From Candidatus Latescibacterota bacterium (lineage in GTDB: Bacteria; Latescibacterota; UBA2968; SICM01), in assembly GCA_965217865.1 (NCBI GenBank), contig CBDCJO010000002.1, positions 4,256,001 through 4,320,000 on the forward strand: a stretch of 64,000 nucleotides of DNA, in the 5' to 3' direction. This document shows, in pieces, positions 31,607 to 40,487 of the stretch. The position numbers and the translations under genes are program-made. Numbering within the stretch: position 1 is the first letter of the stretch; each line of letters starts with the position of its first letter. The notes under the pieces were generated by a model that worked only from the letters and a program-made list of their open reading frames with translations, searched no databases and was not told the DNA's origin.

Positions 31607-31611
31607 ACGCT

Positions 31612-31945
31612 TCAGGGGCTGTATTTTTTTACGATTTTCTCAAGTTCTCCATTGGCTTTCAATTTGTCCAATGCATCCTGAAGCTCCGCCACGACCCGGT
31701 CATCCGTGTCTTTATGAATGGCGTAATAATAATGGGTCCTCTTCAGGCTGTAAATCACCTCGTAATCACGAGGATTTTCACCTATGGACTTGAGCGTCCA
31801 GAATACTACAGTTACGCCGTACGCCCACATATCGATCCGGTCTTTTTTTAAGTTTTTCGCCGTGCTGATCCCTGAATTCGTCTGGCGAAGGTTCTCTTTC
31901 TTCACCCCGAATTCTAAAAGAAGCTGTTCGCCCACATCGTCGCTA
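31612..31945 (-). pseudogene. C-terminal remnant of an SBP family 3 solute-binding protein
   Basis: DDVGEQLL..RIDMWAY..YYAIHKDT..LQDALDKLKANGELEKIVKKY; 5' part replaced by IS1595 sequence. Confidence 0.8.
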
Positions 31946-32606
31946 AAGCGTCGGTCGAAACCGTTACCTCCGCATTAACGCGATTTGTCGCCCGGTCTTT
32001 TACGCCTACCACGGCAGCCTTTCCAACCGGACCTCGACCGGCGTGTAGTTTCTTGCCGGAATGTTTGTTTTTCTCCTTCCCTCCGATATAGGTTTCATCC
32101 ACTTCGACAGGACCGGAGAACATTCCGTTTCCTTCCGTCCATGCCGCCCGTATACGATGGGCCAGGTACCATGCGCTTTTCTGTGTTATTCCGAGATCCC
32201 GATGCAACTTCATGCTTGACGTACCCTTCATTCCAGTTGCAAAAAGATAAATTTCTATGGCCCATTTCTGATACCCGAGATTTGATCCTTGCATCAACGT
32301 TCCCGTTTTCATGGAGAAATCCTTGCGGCATTTCCGGCATCGGTAAGGTTGAGGCTTTCTTTTTGGACGTGATTGAACGTCGCTGGACTTGCATGCCGGA
32401 CATCGAACACCATTAGGCCAACGGATTCGAACGAACCAATCTTCCGCCATGCCGTCGTTCGGAAAACGTTTTGTCAGGTCCAATAACGAAATCCCCTTCC
32501 TGTAATACTTTCCAGGCCCTTTTCCCATAACATAACCTCCTTTATTTACATATAAATATAAGCAATTTCAGGCGGCATGTCAAGGGTAAAATAATATATA
32601 ATTCCC
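31945..32606 (-). mobile_element. Truncated IS1595-family element (left IR plus 5' half of transposase)
   Basis: Left end GGGAATTATATATT..CTTGACA; Zn ribbon CPAC/CRKC, TQKSAW, VEVDETYIGG; no second half or right IR. Confidence 0.88.
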
Positions 32607-33302
32607 ATAGTTTTCCGTATCATCTTGAGCGGCACCTGCATTTTGCAAATATAGTCTCCTGGTTATATGAATTCCTTTCTGATTTCAGGCGGAGTGCTGA
32701 AATAAAAAGATATCAAACCATATATCAAATCACGTAGAAACAAGCAAATACCGAGCCTTATGATGGAACCGGGGTTTCGGCGGTTTTCCAGTTCTTGAAA
32801 CTACCAAAATGGTATAATGGAAGGAAAAATATTCCAAGAATCCGGCGAAAAGCCCCGGCCTAATCTCTGTAACAAACAAGGCCCAGGATCCTCACCGAAT
32901 TCCCGTATAACGGGTAGGAGGATCGTTGAGCCCCGAAATGAAACATTTAACAAGATGAATATAAACACTTGAGAACAGAAAATCAATTGGAAGACATACG
33001 GTTTTTTGCGAAAAAACCTCCCTATTGTATAGGGTATTTTACCCTATTATGCCATTGGTATATATACCTACTTGTGACGTATATCACACCCTTTCATGTA
33101 GGATATATTCTAATTCGTGCCCAGGATAAATTCGGGTTCATACCTGTTTTGGAGCCCAATTTTCCCCCATTATCCATTAGGTGTTTCTCCCTATCCGTGA
33201 TCGATATCACAACGGCATTATAAGAACCTTTCCCCTGTGATCTAGCCCCTCCTCAACCCGCCGATCCCCCGCTTTCGATCAACCTCAATCCGCCAACCTC
33301 AC

Positions 33303-33343
33303 AAAAAAAACCCGCCAGGCGACATCTTGGTCCGCCTTGCGGG
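33303..33343 (-). terminator. Rho-independent terminator
   Basis: CCCGC-A-AGGCG..CGCCT-G-GCGGG followed by T8 on the minus strand. Confidence 0.75.
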
Positions 33344-33421
33344 TCCCCGACCTGAATCGATAGTTCCTTGTTTACACGCTAAAACCATAAAATGGGGTAT
33401 TCAAATAGAATGGTCTTAACA
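33303..33421 (-). ncRNA. Candidate small RNA (about 120 nt)
   Basis: Own promoter TTGATC-17-TATATT (33455-33427), 11-bp 5' hairpin, terminator, no ORF. Confidence 0.5.
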
Positions 33422-33554
33422 GTTAAAATATAAACATTTGAGGGTTTAAGATCAATTGGAAGAACTCCGCATTTTTCAAAAAAAATTTCCCCTATTAGGA
33501 GGAGGAATGATTCCTATTCGGATTGGGTAATATTCCACGAATTTAAGCCGAATT

Positions 33555-34259
33555 TTATGAAGACCCCCGCTGGTTATTTTCCCCAACCCGCTTTTCGTGG
33601 AGCTTGACAGCCCGTGCAACGACATCCCGAATCTCATCCACCCCTTTCAGGGGTTTCCGCAGGAAGAAATCAAAGGGAGAAAATTTGGGGTCCTTCTCCT
33701 GGATTTGCCAGCCGGTCATCAGAATGATTCCAACCGTTGGGTCGATCTGACGAAACTCAAAGGCCAACCGTTCTCCAGGAATATCCGGTATATCCAGGTC
33801 GATCATGGCCACATCATAACCTTTTCCGAATTCTTCCAGGGCTTCACCACCCCTGAGAACAGCTGTCGTATCGTGGCTTCCCCGAAAAACCTCCGCCAGG
33901 GTCAGACCGACGGCCTCCATATCGTCCACGACGAGGATCCTCGCCCTATCCACCGGGGTGGAACCCACATCGCTTACAACCGGATTCGCGTCCCCCACAT
34001 CCTCATCCTGAGAAATCACTTGAAGACGGCTGACCAGTTCCTGAGCCTGCATCGCCGAAGAATGAATCAGCTCGAATTTTCGGAGATTCTGCGAATCGAC
34101 ATTCTCTTCTTTCAGGAGCTGGGCGTTCACGACGATCCCCATCAACAGATTGTTGAGGTTGTGATAAACTCGTCCAACATCTTCACCCGATTCAAACTCG
34201 ATCCCCCGGGTCGACGCCCCTTCCTCATCTGAAAGAATCTTGCCGGATTTTTCTCCCAT
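33555..34259 (-). CDS. HisKA(DHp)-receiver protein lacking the ATPase domain
   Basis: YHNLNNLLMGI H-box helix pair, short linker, then ILVVDD..MIDLDIP..LMTG..LRKP. Confidence 0.75.
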   Translation of the reverse strand: MGEKSGKILSDEEGASTRGIEFESGEDVGRVYHNLNNLLMGIVVNAQLLKEENVDSQNLRKFELIHSSAMQAQELVSRLQVISQDEDVGDANPVVSDVGSTPVDRARILVVDDMEAVGLTLAEVFRGSHDTTAVLRGGEALEEFGKGYDVAMIDLDIPDIPGERLAFEFRQIDPTVGIILMTGWQIQEKDPKFSPFDFFLRKPLKGVDEIRDVVARAVKLHEKRVGENNQRGSS

Positions 34260-34389
34260 ATCGAAATCCGTGGATCGTGATTCGTGAATCGGGGTTCGGA
34301 GAACTCTGCGAGATGCGCTTCACTAGCTACGAGATACGGCATTTCTCCCGGGTACCGGGAGAGGGGAAGTTCGGATGAATGTCACATCC

Positions 34390-34572
34390 AATCCGCGCGG
34401 AAATGAATTCCCGCGCTACGGATATAAAGTCCGCCAACAGGCGGACTCCCCACCCAGGCTCATCTCCGTCCCCTTCGACTACACTTCGTTCCGCTCAGGA
34501 CCGAGGCTTCGATTGCGTTCCGCAAAAAACACGGAACGGAGTTTATCCTGAGCTTGTCGAAGGGCTCAGGAT
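34390..34572. repeat. Cluster of REP-like palindromes
   Basis: GCGCGG..CCGCGC, AGTCCGCC..GGCGGACT, CCCTTCGAC..GCTCAGG / CCTGAGCTTGTCGAAGGG. Confidence 0.7.
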
Positions 34573-34711
34573 GTTCTCATTATGGTTTATGATTCCCCTA
34601 ACAATCGAGGCCTCGCTTCTTCCACTGCTACTCCTTTGCCTTTCCTGCAACTGCTACCTGCTACTGCCACTGCTTTTCCCTGACCTCCGACCTCTGACCC
34701 CTGACCTCTGT

Positions 34712-35377
34712 TTAACCTTGGTCCGCCTCATCCACATCAATCAACGCTGATCGAATCGCGTACCGTATCAGTTGGGAAATGTTCTCCAACCCGAGTTTTC
34801 GCATGACCCTTCCCCGATGGGCCGCGACCGTCTTCTCGGAAAGATTGAGAAGTTCGGCAATCTTCTTGTTTGTGCTTCCCTGGGCGACCAGTTTCAGCAC
34901 TTCCCTTTCCCTTTCGGATAGGACCTGACCATCTTCTTCTCCATCGGATTCGGCAGCGGCCTCCACATATCGATCGATAACCACTTTGGATACCGCAGTG
35001 CTCAGATACATCTCGTCCCGCATCACGGCCTCCACGGCGTTGATAAGCCCCTGGAAATCCGTACTCTTGGCCACATACCCTGATGCTCCGGCTTTCAGGG
35101 ATTCCCGGACATACTTTTCCTGCAAGTACATGCTCAGGACGATGACCTTTACGTGGGGAAATGATTTCTTGATCTCACGCGTAGCCTCAATACCGTCCAG
35201 GCCGGGCATGACAAGATCGATGATCACCACATCAGGGAGAAGCTCGCTTGTTAAGGCCACGGTCGACTGGCCGTCATCTGTCTCACCCACCACTTCGATC
35301 TTTCCCGTGGCCTCCAGGAGGCTCCGAAGACCTTCCCGGACGATTGCGTGGTCATCTGAAAGAATAACTCGAGTCAT
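34712..35377 (-). CDS. NarL/FixJ-family response regulator (REC-LuxR HTH)
   Basis: DDHAIVREGL, DLVMPGLDG, LSEREREVLKLVAQG..KTVAAHR. Confidence 0.95.
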   Translation of the reverse strand: MTRVILSDDHAIVREGLRSLLEATGKIEVVGETDDGQSTVALTSELLPDVVIIDLVMPGLDGIEATREIKKSFPHVKVIVLSMYLQEKYVRESLKAGASGYVAKSTDFQGLINAVEAVMRDEMYLSTAVSKVVIDRYVEAAAESDGEEDGQVLSEREREVLKLVAQGSTNKKIAELLNLSEKTVAAHRGRVMRKLGLENISQLIRYAIRSALIDVDEADQG

Positions 35378-35588
35378 TTCAATCTCTTAGGGTTTTGGTT
35401 GAATGCCAATCAACCTTCTTCTTCAGAAAGATATTAAATATATCGGTGGAATGGAAATAAATATATATTATGAAATTAACTTACGCAACAAATGTTTGTA
35501 ACGAATTACCAGAAAGATTTCCCTGCCGGAGAAACACAAGAGTAAAGTATAGTTTTTTTCGGACCCCTCTTACAACAAATTCCTGATT

Positions 35589-36329
35589 ATGGGAGAAATG
35601 CCAATGGTTCTGAAGAATATGCGCCCTTATCAACTAAAGGAGGCGGTGGCTCTGGGGCATCCCCTGATGCTGCCCGCCGGCTGCATCGAAACCCACGGCC
35701 CCCACATGGCCATCGGCCACGATACCATCATCGTCGAAGAAATCTGCGCCCGCGTCGCCGAACGAACTCCGATCGTCATCGCCCCGTCGTTTGACTACGG
35801 CATGACCGGCTTCGCCCTGGGCGGACCGGCGGACGGAACCATCGAACCGAACCATCGGGGGTTCGAGCTGTTCAGCAAAAGCATTCTCGACAACTTCCTC
35901 GAGATGGGCTTCAGGAAGATCTACGTCAACATCATGCATCAAGGCATGGAAGGGCACCTGGCGCTGACCCTCAAGAAGGCCGCTGTCGAGCTATTCAACG
36001 ATGGCGTGTTAAAGGCCGGATACCCCCCGGGGTGGTGGGGAGATAAAACGTTGCGGGAGGAAGTCACCCCCCGCATCGAAGTCCTGCCGATGATCTTGCC
36101 GGATGCGAGTCCGCCGGCCCGCGCAGACCACGCCGCCTACAACGAAACCTCCTTCCTGCTCGCCACCCGGCCCGAACTGGTGGAGCAGGACCGCCTGGAC
36201 GACGACGCCCCGTGGTATTGCAGAAAGAACGAGGAGCTCAACAGCTGGACGGCCAATGCCGAGCACGGTAAGATCATGGTGGATGCCGTGGTCGACGCCT
36301 GGGTGAAAAAGATCGATAGCGAACGTTAA
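35589..36329 (+). CDS. Creatininase family protein
   Basis: PAGCIETHGPHMAIGHD, MHQG, DHAAYNETS. Confidence 0.85.
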   Translation: MGEMPMVLKNMRPYQLKEAVALGHPLMLPAGCIETHGPHMAIGHDTIIVEEICARVAERTPIVIAPSFDYGMTGFALGGPADGTIEPNHRGFELFSKSILDNFLEMGFRKIYVNIMHQGMEGHLALTLKKAAVELFNDGVLKAGYPPGWWGDKTLREEVTPRIEVLPMILPDASPPARADHAAYNETSFLLATRPELVEQDRLDDDAPWYCRKNEELNSWTANAEHGKIMVDAVVDAWVKKIDSER

Positions 36330-36370
36330 GAAGGAAATAGTAGAGTGAGACGGGTGTCGAGGAGGAAATC

Positions 36371-37561
36371 GTGAACAGCAGGGAATATGTGATGTCGTTG
36401 AATCTCGAGACGGCGACACACGATGCGATAGAGGCAATACTCGGAGCTCGCGAAAGATTCAGACAATGGATAGAAACGATCCGACCGGAGAAACCACCTT
36501 TGGGAAGGTTCCACTGGGCACTGGAACACACCCGGGATGCAAGCATCCCGAGCACGGGATATGCCCTTGCCGGATTAAGTATGATGGGGCTGTTCGACGA
36601 GATCATAACCGACCAGGATAGAAGCGAGGGGACTGAGTGGGTAATGAGCCGCTACGTGGGCAACGGACAGTTCCGCGATCCCGCGCTGCTTAACAGAGTC
36701 AGTGCGGACTGGCCGAAGGATAAGGAGTGGCCTTCCCCCCCGATGCTCGAATCCGCGAACGGGTACGCGTATGGGTCACTGACGAAATACGGCGCAAAAG
36801 ACATTCCGGTTCGTCAACCGGCGAAGGGTTTACTCGATACGGACGGCTGGCAGGGTATGCTCAAGTTCATTACAACCAGAGACATTGATGAGAGTCCCTG
36901 GGGTGAAGGAAGCCACGCCGGGAGGATGTGCCTCTATCTGGTACGGGAGTATAGAGATGGAAAGGCCCCGATTGAGGCGGTCGTTAAGGCTGTGGAGTAT
37001 CTGTTGGGAAAACAGGATCCGGAGACAGGCCTGTGGGGCAAACCCGGACTGCCCCTCAACCAGAGGCTTAACGGAGCCTACAAGCTGTTCGGCTTCTTGC
37101 GGTGCACACTGGATCTGCCGCTCCCTTATGCCGACAGGTTGCTGGACAGTGGATTCGAATATTTCTACCGGCCTGATCACGATGAGAAAATCGATTCGTG
37201 CAGCGAGTGGGACGCCCTTATGGTGATGAGGGAATTGCAGCCTCTGGTAGGCGATTACAGGGAAGAGGAACTCAAGAAACTTGCGGCATACCGTATTGCG
37301 AGAATCGTGGACCTCGTGCAACAGCCGGACGGGGGATTCAGCGGATCGCGGACCTGCTGTACCACGAGCTTTGTCGGCTTCGATATGGCGCCGCCCATTC
37401 TGCAGGGTGATGTGCACGCCGTGATTTTCTCGCAAGCGATCGGCGAATGCGTTGATATGCTTGGAATCCAGGAACGATCGAAAACACCCGGTATGGGACG
37501 GCAGCGAGCAGAAGAAGACGTGGAACTGAGAAAACGCGTACGGGATGCCGTATTCGGATAG
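36371..37561 (+). CDS. Hypothetical protein with prenyltransferase/squalene-cyclase-like (QW-type) repeats
   Basis: YLLGKQDPETGLWG, LVQQPDGGFS. Confidence 0.55.
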   Translation: MNSREYVMSLNLETATHDAIEAILGARERFRQWIETIRPEKPPLGRFHWALEHTRDASIPSTGYALAGLSMMGLFDEIITDQDRSEGTEWVMSRYVGNGQFRDPALLNRVSADWPKDKEWPSPPMLESANGYAYGSLTKYGAKDIPVRQPAKGLLDTDGWQGMLKFITTRDIDESPWGEGSHAGRMCLYLVREYRDGKAPIEAVVKAVEYLLGKQDPETGLWGKPGLPLNQRLNGAYKLFGFLRCTLDLPLPYADRLLDSGFEYFYRPDHDEKIDSCSEWDALMVMRELQPLVGDYREEELKKLAAYRIARIVDLVQQPDGGFSGSRTCCTTSFVGFDMAPPILQGDVHAVIFSQAIGECVDMLGIQERSKTPGMGRQRAEEDVELRKRVRDAVFG

Positions 37562-37795
37562 TCTACTTATCTTACCCACTACCAGATAAGGCCGTTTATG
37601 GAATCGCCGAGGGGTTGTCAAATTAAATATTGTTTTCTTCTATAAGAAGACATTTATGGTGGGGTGCGGTTTCCGCTTTCCGGCGTAAATACATAAACAT
37701 TAGACATAAGCGCAGCTTAACCCCACACACAAATGGGGACGTCTCCTCCATAGGCCGCCATAGACACCGCACGGTGAATTGTTTATATTTGAACA

Positions 37796-38299
37796 GTGGG
37801 AGAAATTCTCTTGGATGCAGAGCCTAAACCGAAAGTCTATTTGGAAACGAGCGTGGTGGGATATTACGCGAGCCCACCGAGTCGCAATATTGTAACAGCC
37901 GCTCGTCAAGAACTCACTCGCGATTGGTGGGCAGAGAGCCTTCCACACTTTGACACATACATTTCTGCTTTGGTGTTACGTGAAGTCAGTGAAGGACACG
38001 AAAGTGCGGTGGAGGGACGTCGACAAGCAATTTCTGGAATCAAAGTATTGGAGATCAATGAAAACGCGGAAACTCTAGCCGAAACGCTCATGACTTCTGG
38101 CGCGATTCCGCAAGAGCATCCCGAAGATGCGCTGCATATTGCACTTGCAACCGTTCATGGAATGGATTTCCTTGTCACATGGAACTTCGCGCACATAAAT
38201 AATGCGGTCATGAAGCGGAGAATCGAGGACGTGTGTGAATCCAAAGATTATGGGTGTCCAGTTATCTGTTCTCCCGAGGAGCTTGGAGGCCAATCATGA
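37796..38299 (+). CDS. PIN-domain (VapC-like) protein
   Basis: VYLETSV, EDALHIALATVHGMDFLVTWNFAHI, ICSPEEL. Confidence 0.88.
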   Translation: MGEILLDAEPKPKVYLETSVVGYYASPPSRNIVTAARQELTRDWWAESLPHFDTYISALVLREVSEGHESAVEGRRQAISGIKVLEINENAETLAETLMTSGAIPQEHPEDALHIALATVHGMDFLVTWNFAHINNAVMKRRIEDVCESKDYGCPVICSPEELGGQS

Positions 38300-38463
38300 A
38301 GTTCGACCCAATCGTCGATGAGATTCGGCGAATCCGTAACACCCACGCGGCTCGCTTGAACTACAATCTGAAGGCCATTTGTGCAGATCTAAAGAAGATA
38401 GAGAAAGAGTACGGTCAACCCGTGGTGTCTCTTCCCCCCAAGCGGTTGGAGAAGAGAAGATAA
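38296..38463 (+). CDS. Small partner protein of the PIN gene (putative antitoxin)
   Basis: MKFDPIVDEIRRIR..YNLKAICADL; ATGA overlap with the PIN gene. Confidence 0.7.
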   Translation: MKFDPIVDEIRRIRNTHAARLNYNLKAICADLKKIEKEYGQPVVSLPPKRLEKRR

Positions 38464-38569
38464 TTACTTAATCGAGTTGACGCCCAACCGAATATATTCC
38501 TCTCTTTTCCATCCTGACGGCCTTGCCTTCTCTTATTTAGGCCGCATCCTATCCCAAGCTGTACCAAAC

Positions 38570-38710
38570 GCATAACACCCGCACCCCCGGCTCCGGCCCT
38601 TTCGGCAGAAACCCAACCAGCCTTCACGGTTACGGCGCTTCATGATTTTCTGAAACCCGTGATGCAAGCGACGCGCCCACGGCAGGTTCGGGGGTGCCAA
38701 AACGTTATTT
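38570..38710 (+). mobile_element. attC-like recombination site
   Basis: GCATAAC ... GCACCCCC / GGGGGTGC ... GTTATTT; right arm GGCAGGTTCG shared with downstream attCs. Confidence 0.65.
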
Positions 38711-38806
38711 AAAACTGGCGCAAAGACAAACCCCAACACCCCACTCCGGCAAATCGCGTACAAGAAGCAACGACTATCTCATCTTGAGTTTTCTACCGCA
38801 AACGAA
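38701..38806 (+). repeat. About 100-bp direct repeat, copy 1 (copy 2 at 40239-40340)
   Basis: AACGTTATTYAAAACTGGCGCAAAGACAAACCCCAACACCCC..GGCAAATCGCG..TTGAGTTTT in both copies. Confidence 0.9.
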
Positions 38807-38840
38807 CTTACATCATATTTCACTAGGAGGCTATTGAGAC

Positions 38841-40154
38841 ATGAGCCCGACGGCCCAGGACCGGACAAGGGTTCTGGCGGCGCTAATGCGATCATCTCGT
38901 CCAAACACTTTCTCGAGAGTATGCTTCTTTCTAGGGGCCGGAGCACCTAGAGGCGCAGGCGTGCCGCTTGCCGATGAGCTTAAGGATACGGTTGCGAACT
39001 CCATTTTTGGAGCAGACGTGCCATCTGCAATAGCTGAAGGACGTCTTGAGGACGCGCTCGAACTTTTCCAGGCAATGGGAGGACGAGATGGCTATGAGCT
39101 TGTGGCAGCGGAGATCAGGCGATATTCAACTCAGCCAGAGGCCTACCCTCTCCTTGCTGATCTGATCGCTCGAGGATTTGTGGAGGCAATTCTGACGACG
39201 AACTTCGATCTCTTGCTCGACCTGCTGCCTGCGATTCGCGCTGTGGACTTCGCTCTGTTTGCGACAGATGAAGACTTCGACAGTCGCCAAGTGCCAACCA
39301 ACCAAACCTTAGTAGCCAAGCTACATGGATGCTCGTCTGATCCGGCTTCTATGCGTGGATCTTGGACGGACACGAAAGAACTGCCCACCGCTCGTAGCAC
39401 TGTCTTGTCGCACTATGTGTCAACCTACCCGATGGTCTTCGTCGGTTGGGCCGGCCTCGACGCAGATATTGTCCCTATACTCGAATCGATCTCAGCAAAA
39501 TCGGATCACCCAAAGATCTTCTGGGTTAACCCTTCGGACGGGGCCCCCCCTGCCGCAATTGTGAATCTCCTCGCAAAATTCGACTCGATAGAGAATTACA
39601 TCTCCCTGCCTGCAGACGAATTCTTCGCCCTCTTGCATGCCGAGCTGTTCCCTGAGGCCGCTGCGGGCAGCTCAGATGTGGACGTGGCACGCGCGATCCT
39701 AAAGAGGCTGTCCCGGTCCACTGCGAGGAGAGACTTGGAGACGGCAGCGAAGATACGGAAGGATCGAGAGGAGTTTCGACATCGTCTCGATGCTCTGATT
39801 AGGAAGTTCGTGGCGTCATTGAAGACAACCCTCGCGCCAGAATCTGATCTGGTGATCGCCGGTGGCAGGAAGCTTGAGGTCCGGACCGGTGGTCCGGTCT
39901 TGATTCTCCGCCACGAGGTGGAGTACACTGACACGGGCTCCGATCTAACAGTACGTGCTGGACTTGAGTTCTATGAACGGTCGAAGCCGGGAATCGGTGC
40001 TCCCCTTCCGCCTGCTATTGATCGGGGAACTCGATCGATCGTTGTAGAGTGGGGAAGTGAGGCAGGCCTCGTAAACCTTCGACTCTGGCTGGACAGCGAA
40101 GTAACGGCCCTCCTCACGGAGGTTCTTACAGAGATGGAAGGAAACACCAGCTAG
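38841..40154 (+). CDS. SIR2-like (SIR2_2) domain protein with unrecognised C-terminal domain
   Basis: FFLGAGA, ILTTNFD, VAKLHG, MVFVGW...D.DI, IFWVNP; AGGAGG RBS. Confidence 0.85.
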   Translation: MSPTAQDRTRVLAALMRSSRPNTFSRVCFFLGAGAPRGAGVPLADELKDTVANSIFGADVPSAIAEGRLEDALELFQAMGGRDGYELVAAEIRRYSTQPEAYPLLADLIARGFVEAILTTNFDLLLDLLPAIRAVDFALFATDEDFDSRQVPTNQTLVAKLHGCSSDPASMRGSWTDTKELPTARSTVLSHYVSTYPMVFVGWAGLDADIVPILESISAKSDHPKIFWVNPSDGAPPAAIVNLLAKFDSIENYISLPADEFFALLHAELFPEAAAGSSDVDVARAILKRLSRSTARRDLETAAKIRKDREEFRHRLDALIRKFVASLKTTLAPESDLVIAGGRKLEVRTGGPVLILRHEVEYTDTGSDLTVRAGLEFYERSKPGIGAPLPPAIDRGTRSIVVEWGSEAGLVNLRLWLDSEVTALLTEVLTEMEGNTS

Positions 40155-40176
40155 TCGGAATACACCTTCTGTAGCT

Positions 40177-40248
40177 CTCTAACAACGGTATGAAACAGAC
40201 TCCCACTTTCGCTCCACTCCGCCAGGCTCGCATCCGGGAACGTTATTC
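40177..40248 (+). mobile_element. Degenerate or chimeric attC-like site
   Basis: CTCTAAC...GTTATTC just after the SIR2 stop; arms pair poorly. Confidence 0.45.
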
Positions 40249-40487
40249 AAAACTGGCGCAAAGACAAACCCCAACACCCCACCCCGGCAAATCGCGCACA
40301 AAAAGCAACAACCACTCCATTTGAGTTTTTCCACAACGAATGGACCTTCATCTAGTCTAGTTGCCGATTTTTTGGGTATAACCAATAGTTGGGGAATTAC
40401 ATATTTAACTTGACAAACGCAAGGCAATTGTTTATATTTAAAATTGTTTGTTAGAACAGAGAGTAAACAACAAAAAGGACAATTGCC

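Noticed and set aside
37650-37735. Imperfect hairpin upstream of the PIN gene as an attI site or ncRNA
   Set aside because: The pairing is short and there is no supporting integrase, repeat copy or terminator.
38841-40154. Thoeris or SIR2-HerA system
   Set aside because: No TIR, HerA or Argonaute partner, and no SLOG or Macro domain is recognisable.
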